From Thalia democratica (Eukaryota), in contig OZ241829.1 in the NCBI GenBank assembly GCA_965202585.1, forward strand, positions 65,658,001-65,722,000: a DNA stretch of 64,000 bases, given 5' to 3'. The notes under the pieces are model-generated. The model saw only the letters and a program-made list of their open reading frames with translations, was not told the DNA's origin and searched no databases. Positions 63,069-64,000 of the stretch are shown here, piece by piece. The position numbers and the translations under genes were made by a program. Position 1 is the stretch's first letter. Each line of letters begins with the position of its first letter.

Positions 63069-64000
63069 ACGTGTAACTACTCTTGTTGTTGATTTTATTA
63101 AACCATTTTATAACATTATCAATTTTTATCCATTGCTGTAACTTAGTTTTTTTCTTTAACTTTATTCTAAATTCTTAACAATAATTTTATATTATAAACA
63201 ATCAAATAGTAAGTTAAACGCTTGTGCAACATCAAACAATTAATGTATATGTTATAATACACAACATAAAGGTAATTTTAAAGTAAATAAGATAACTGGT
63301 CACTCTTCTTAACATTCTTAAAACTATTGAAAAAATCAAAGACCTTATGTAAACACAAGAAATTTTTTCTTCAATTAAAATATACTGCATTTGGTTTAAA
63401 TTGTATATTTGTACAAAGTGTTTATCTCCTTCTTTTAATTCAAAATTTCATTGCTTGCCTAAGCTTACCGATTTTCTGTATAAGATTCTATTTTTGTTTA
63501 GTAGTAACAACTGCCAGAAGCTTTTAAGCAATGGACATTAATTAAAACTGAGGATGTTTCTTAAAATCATGTCCATCATACTAACTTTAAACCTCATAAC
63601 AGTTTATACTGAAAAAACTCTATTTATTAAAAAATAAGTAAAGTATTTCAACTAAAACATTAAAAGACTTTAAATTAAAAAAGAAATGATAAAACAGAAG
63701 CGTTTAAACTTGTGTTATTTTTATCACACACGTTTTAATGAATTCACCTTGTTTATATCATAGTTTTAATTATAACTATATAAAACTATTCGTTTAACTT
63801 ACAAAAATAACTATTATATACTATAACTTTTACTAACAACTTAAAAAGGACTTGGTAATTTGAAACCCTAGGTGATTTAAAATTTTTACAATTATTTTTG
63901 TGCAAAAAAAAACGATGCTCACCTTTTATAATTTAAGACGATCTTTTTATAAAAAATAAACAGTCATTCTTATGGAAAAAATTAGAAAATTTTGACTCTC

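Larger units (their letters stand above)
43717..64000 (+). repeat. Second copy of 6751-20580 and 37125-41531 (segmental duplication or alternate haplotype)
   Basis: Homology starts at aagattatgtatat (6751/43717). Offset is about 36.95 kb to 57528, then about 22.1-22.5 kb from 59187 to the window end. Exons differ by about 1% or less. Confidence 0.95.

Overview
This is AT-rich eukaryotic (metazoan, probably marine invertebrate) genomic DNA with short GT-AG introns. The ORF track is mostly exon fragments. Bases 1-15703 (+) hold the 3' part of one large spliced gene: at least 29 one-exon-per-domain sushi/CCP modules followed by three C-type lectin domains, with no C-terminal anchor. An intronless, GC-rich carbonyl reductase (CBR1-like SDR) lies convergently at 19123-19938 (-). 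The region 20.6-37.1 kb is rich in MITEs and contains a five-unit tandem array (about 27490-35180). Every unit carries an intact 139-nt exon resembling the alpha-2-macroglobulin/CD109 (TEP) segment just before the thioester domain, and units 1-2 also carry exons resembling a CD109-type Cys-rich, GPI-signal C-terminus. None of this appears in the ORF track. Next come a 410-bp VNTR, a decayed Penelope-like RT/GIY-YIG retroelement, and an inverted-repeat-bounded element with a 106-bp perfect palindrome. From about 43717 to the window end the sequence is a second, near-identical copy of 6751-41531. It begins inside intron 14 of the CCP gene, and a 16.5-kb block including the TEP array is replaced by 1.66 kb bounded by CCGG-rich transposon sequence. 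Whether this copy is a true tandem duplication or an unpurged second haplotype cannot be decided from the sequence alone. All coordinates, splice sites and counts were read by hand.
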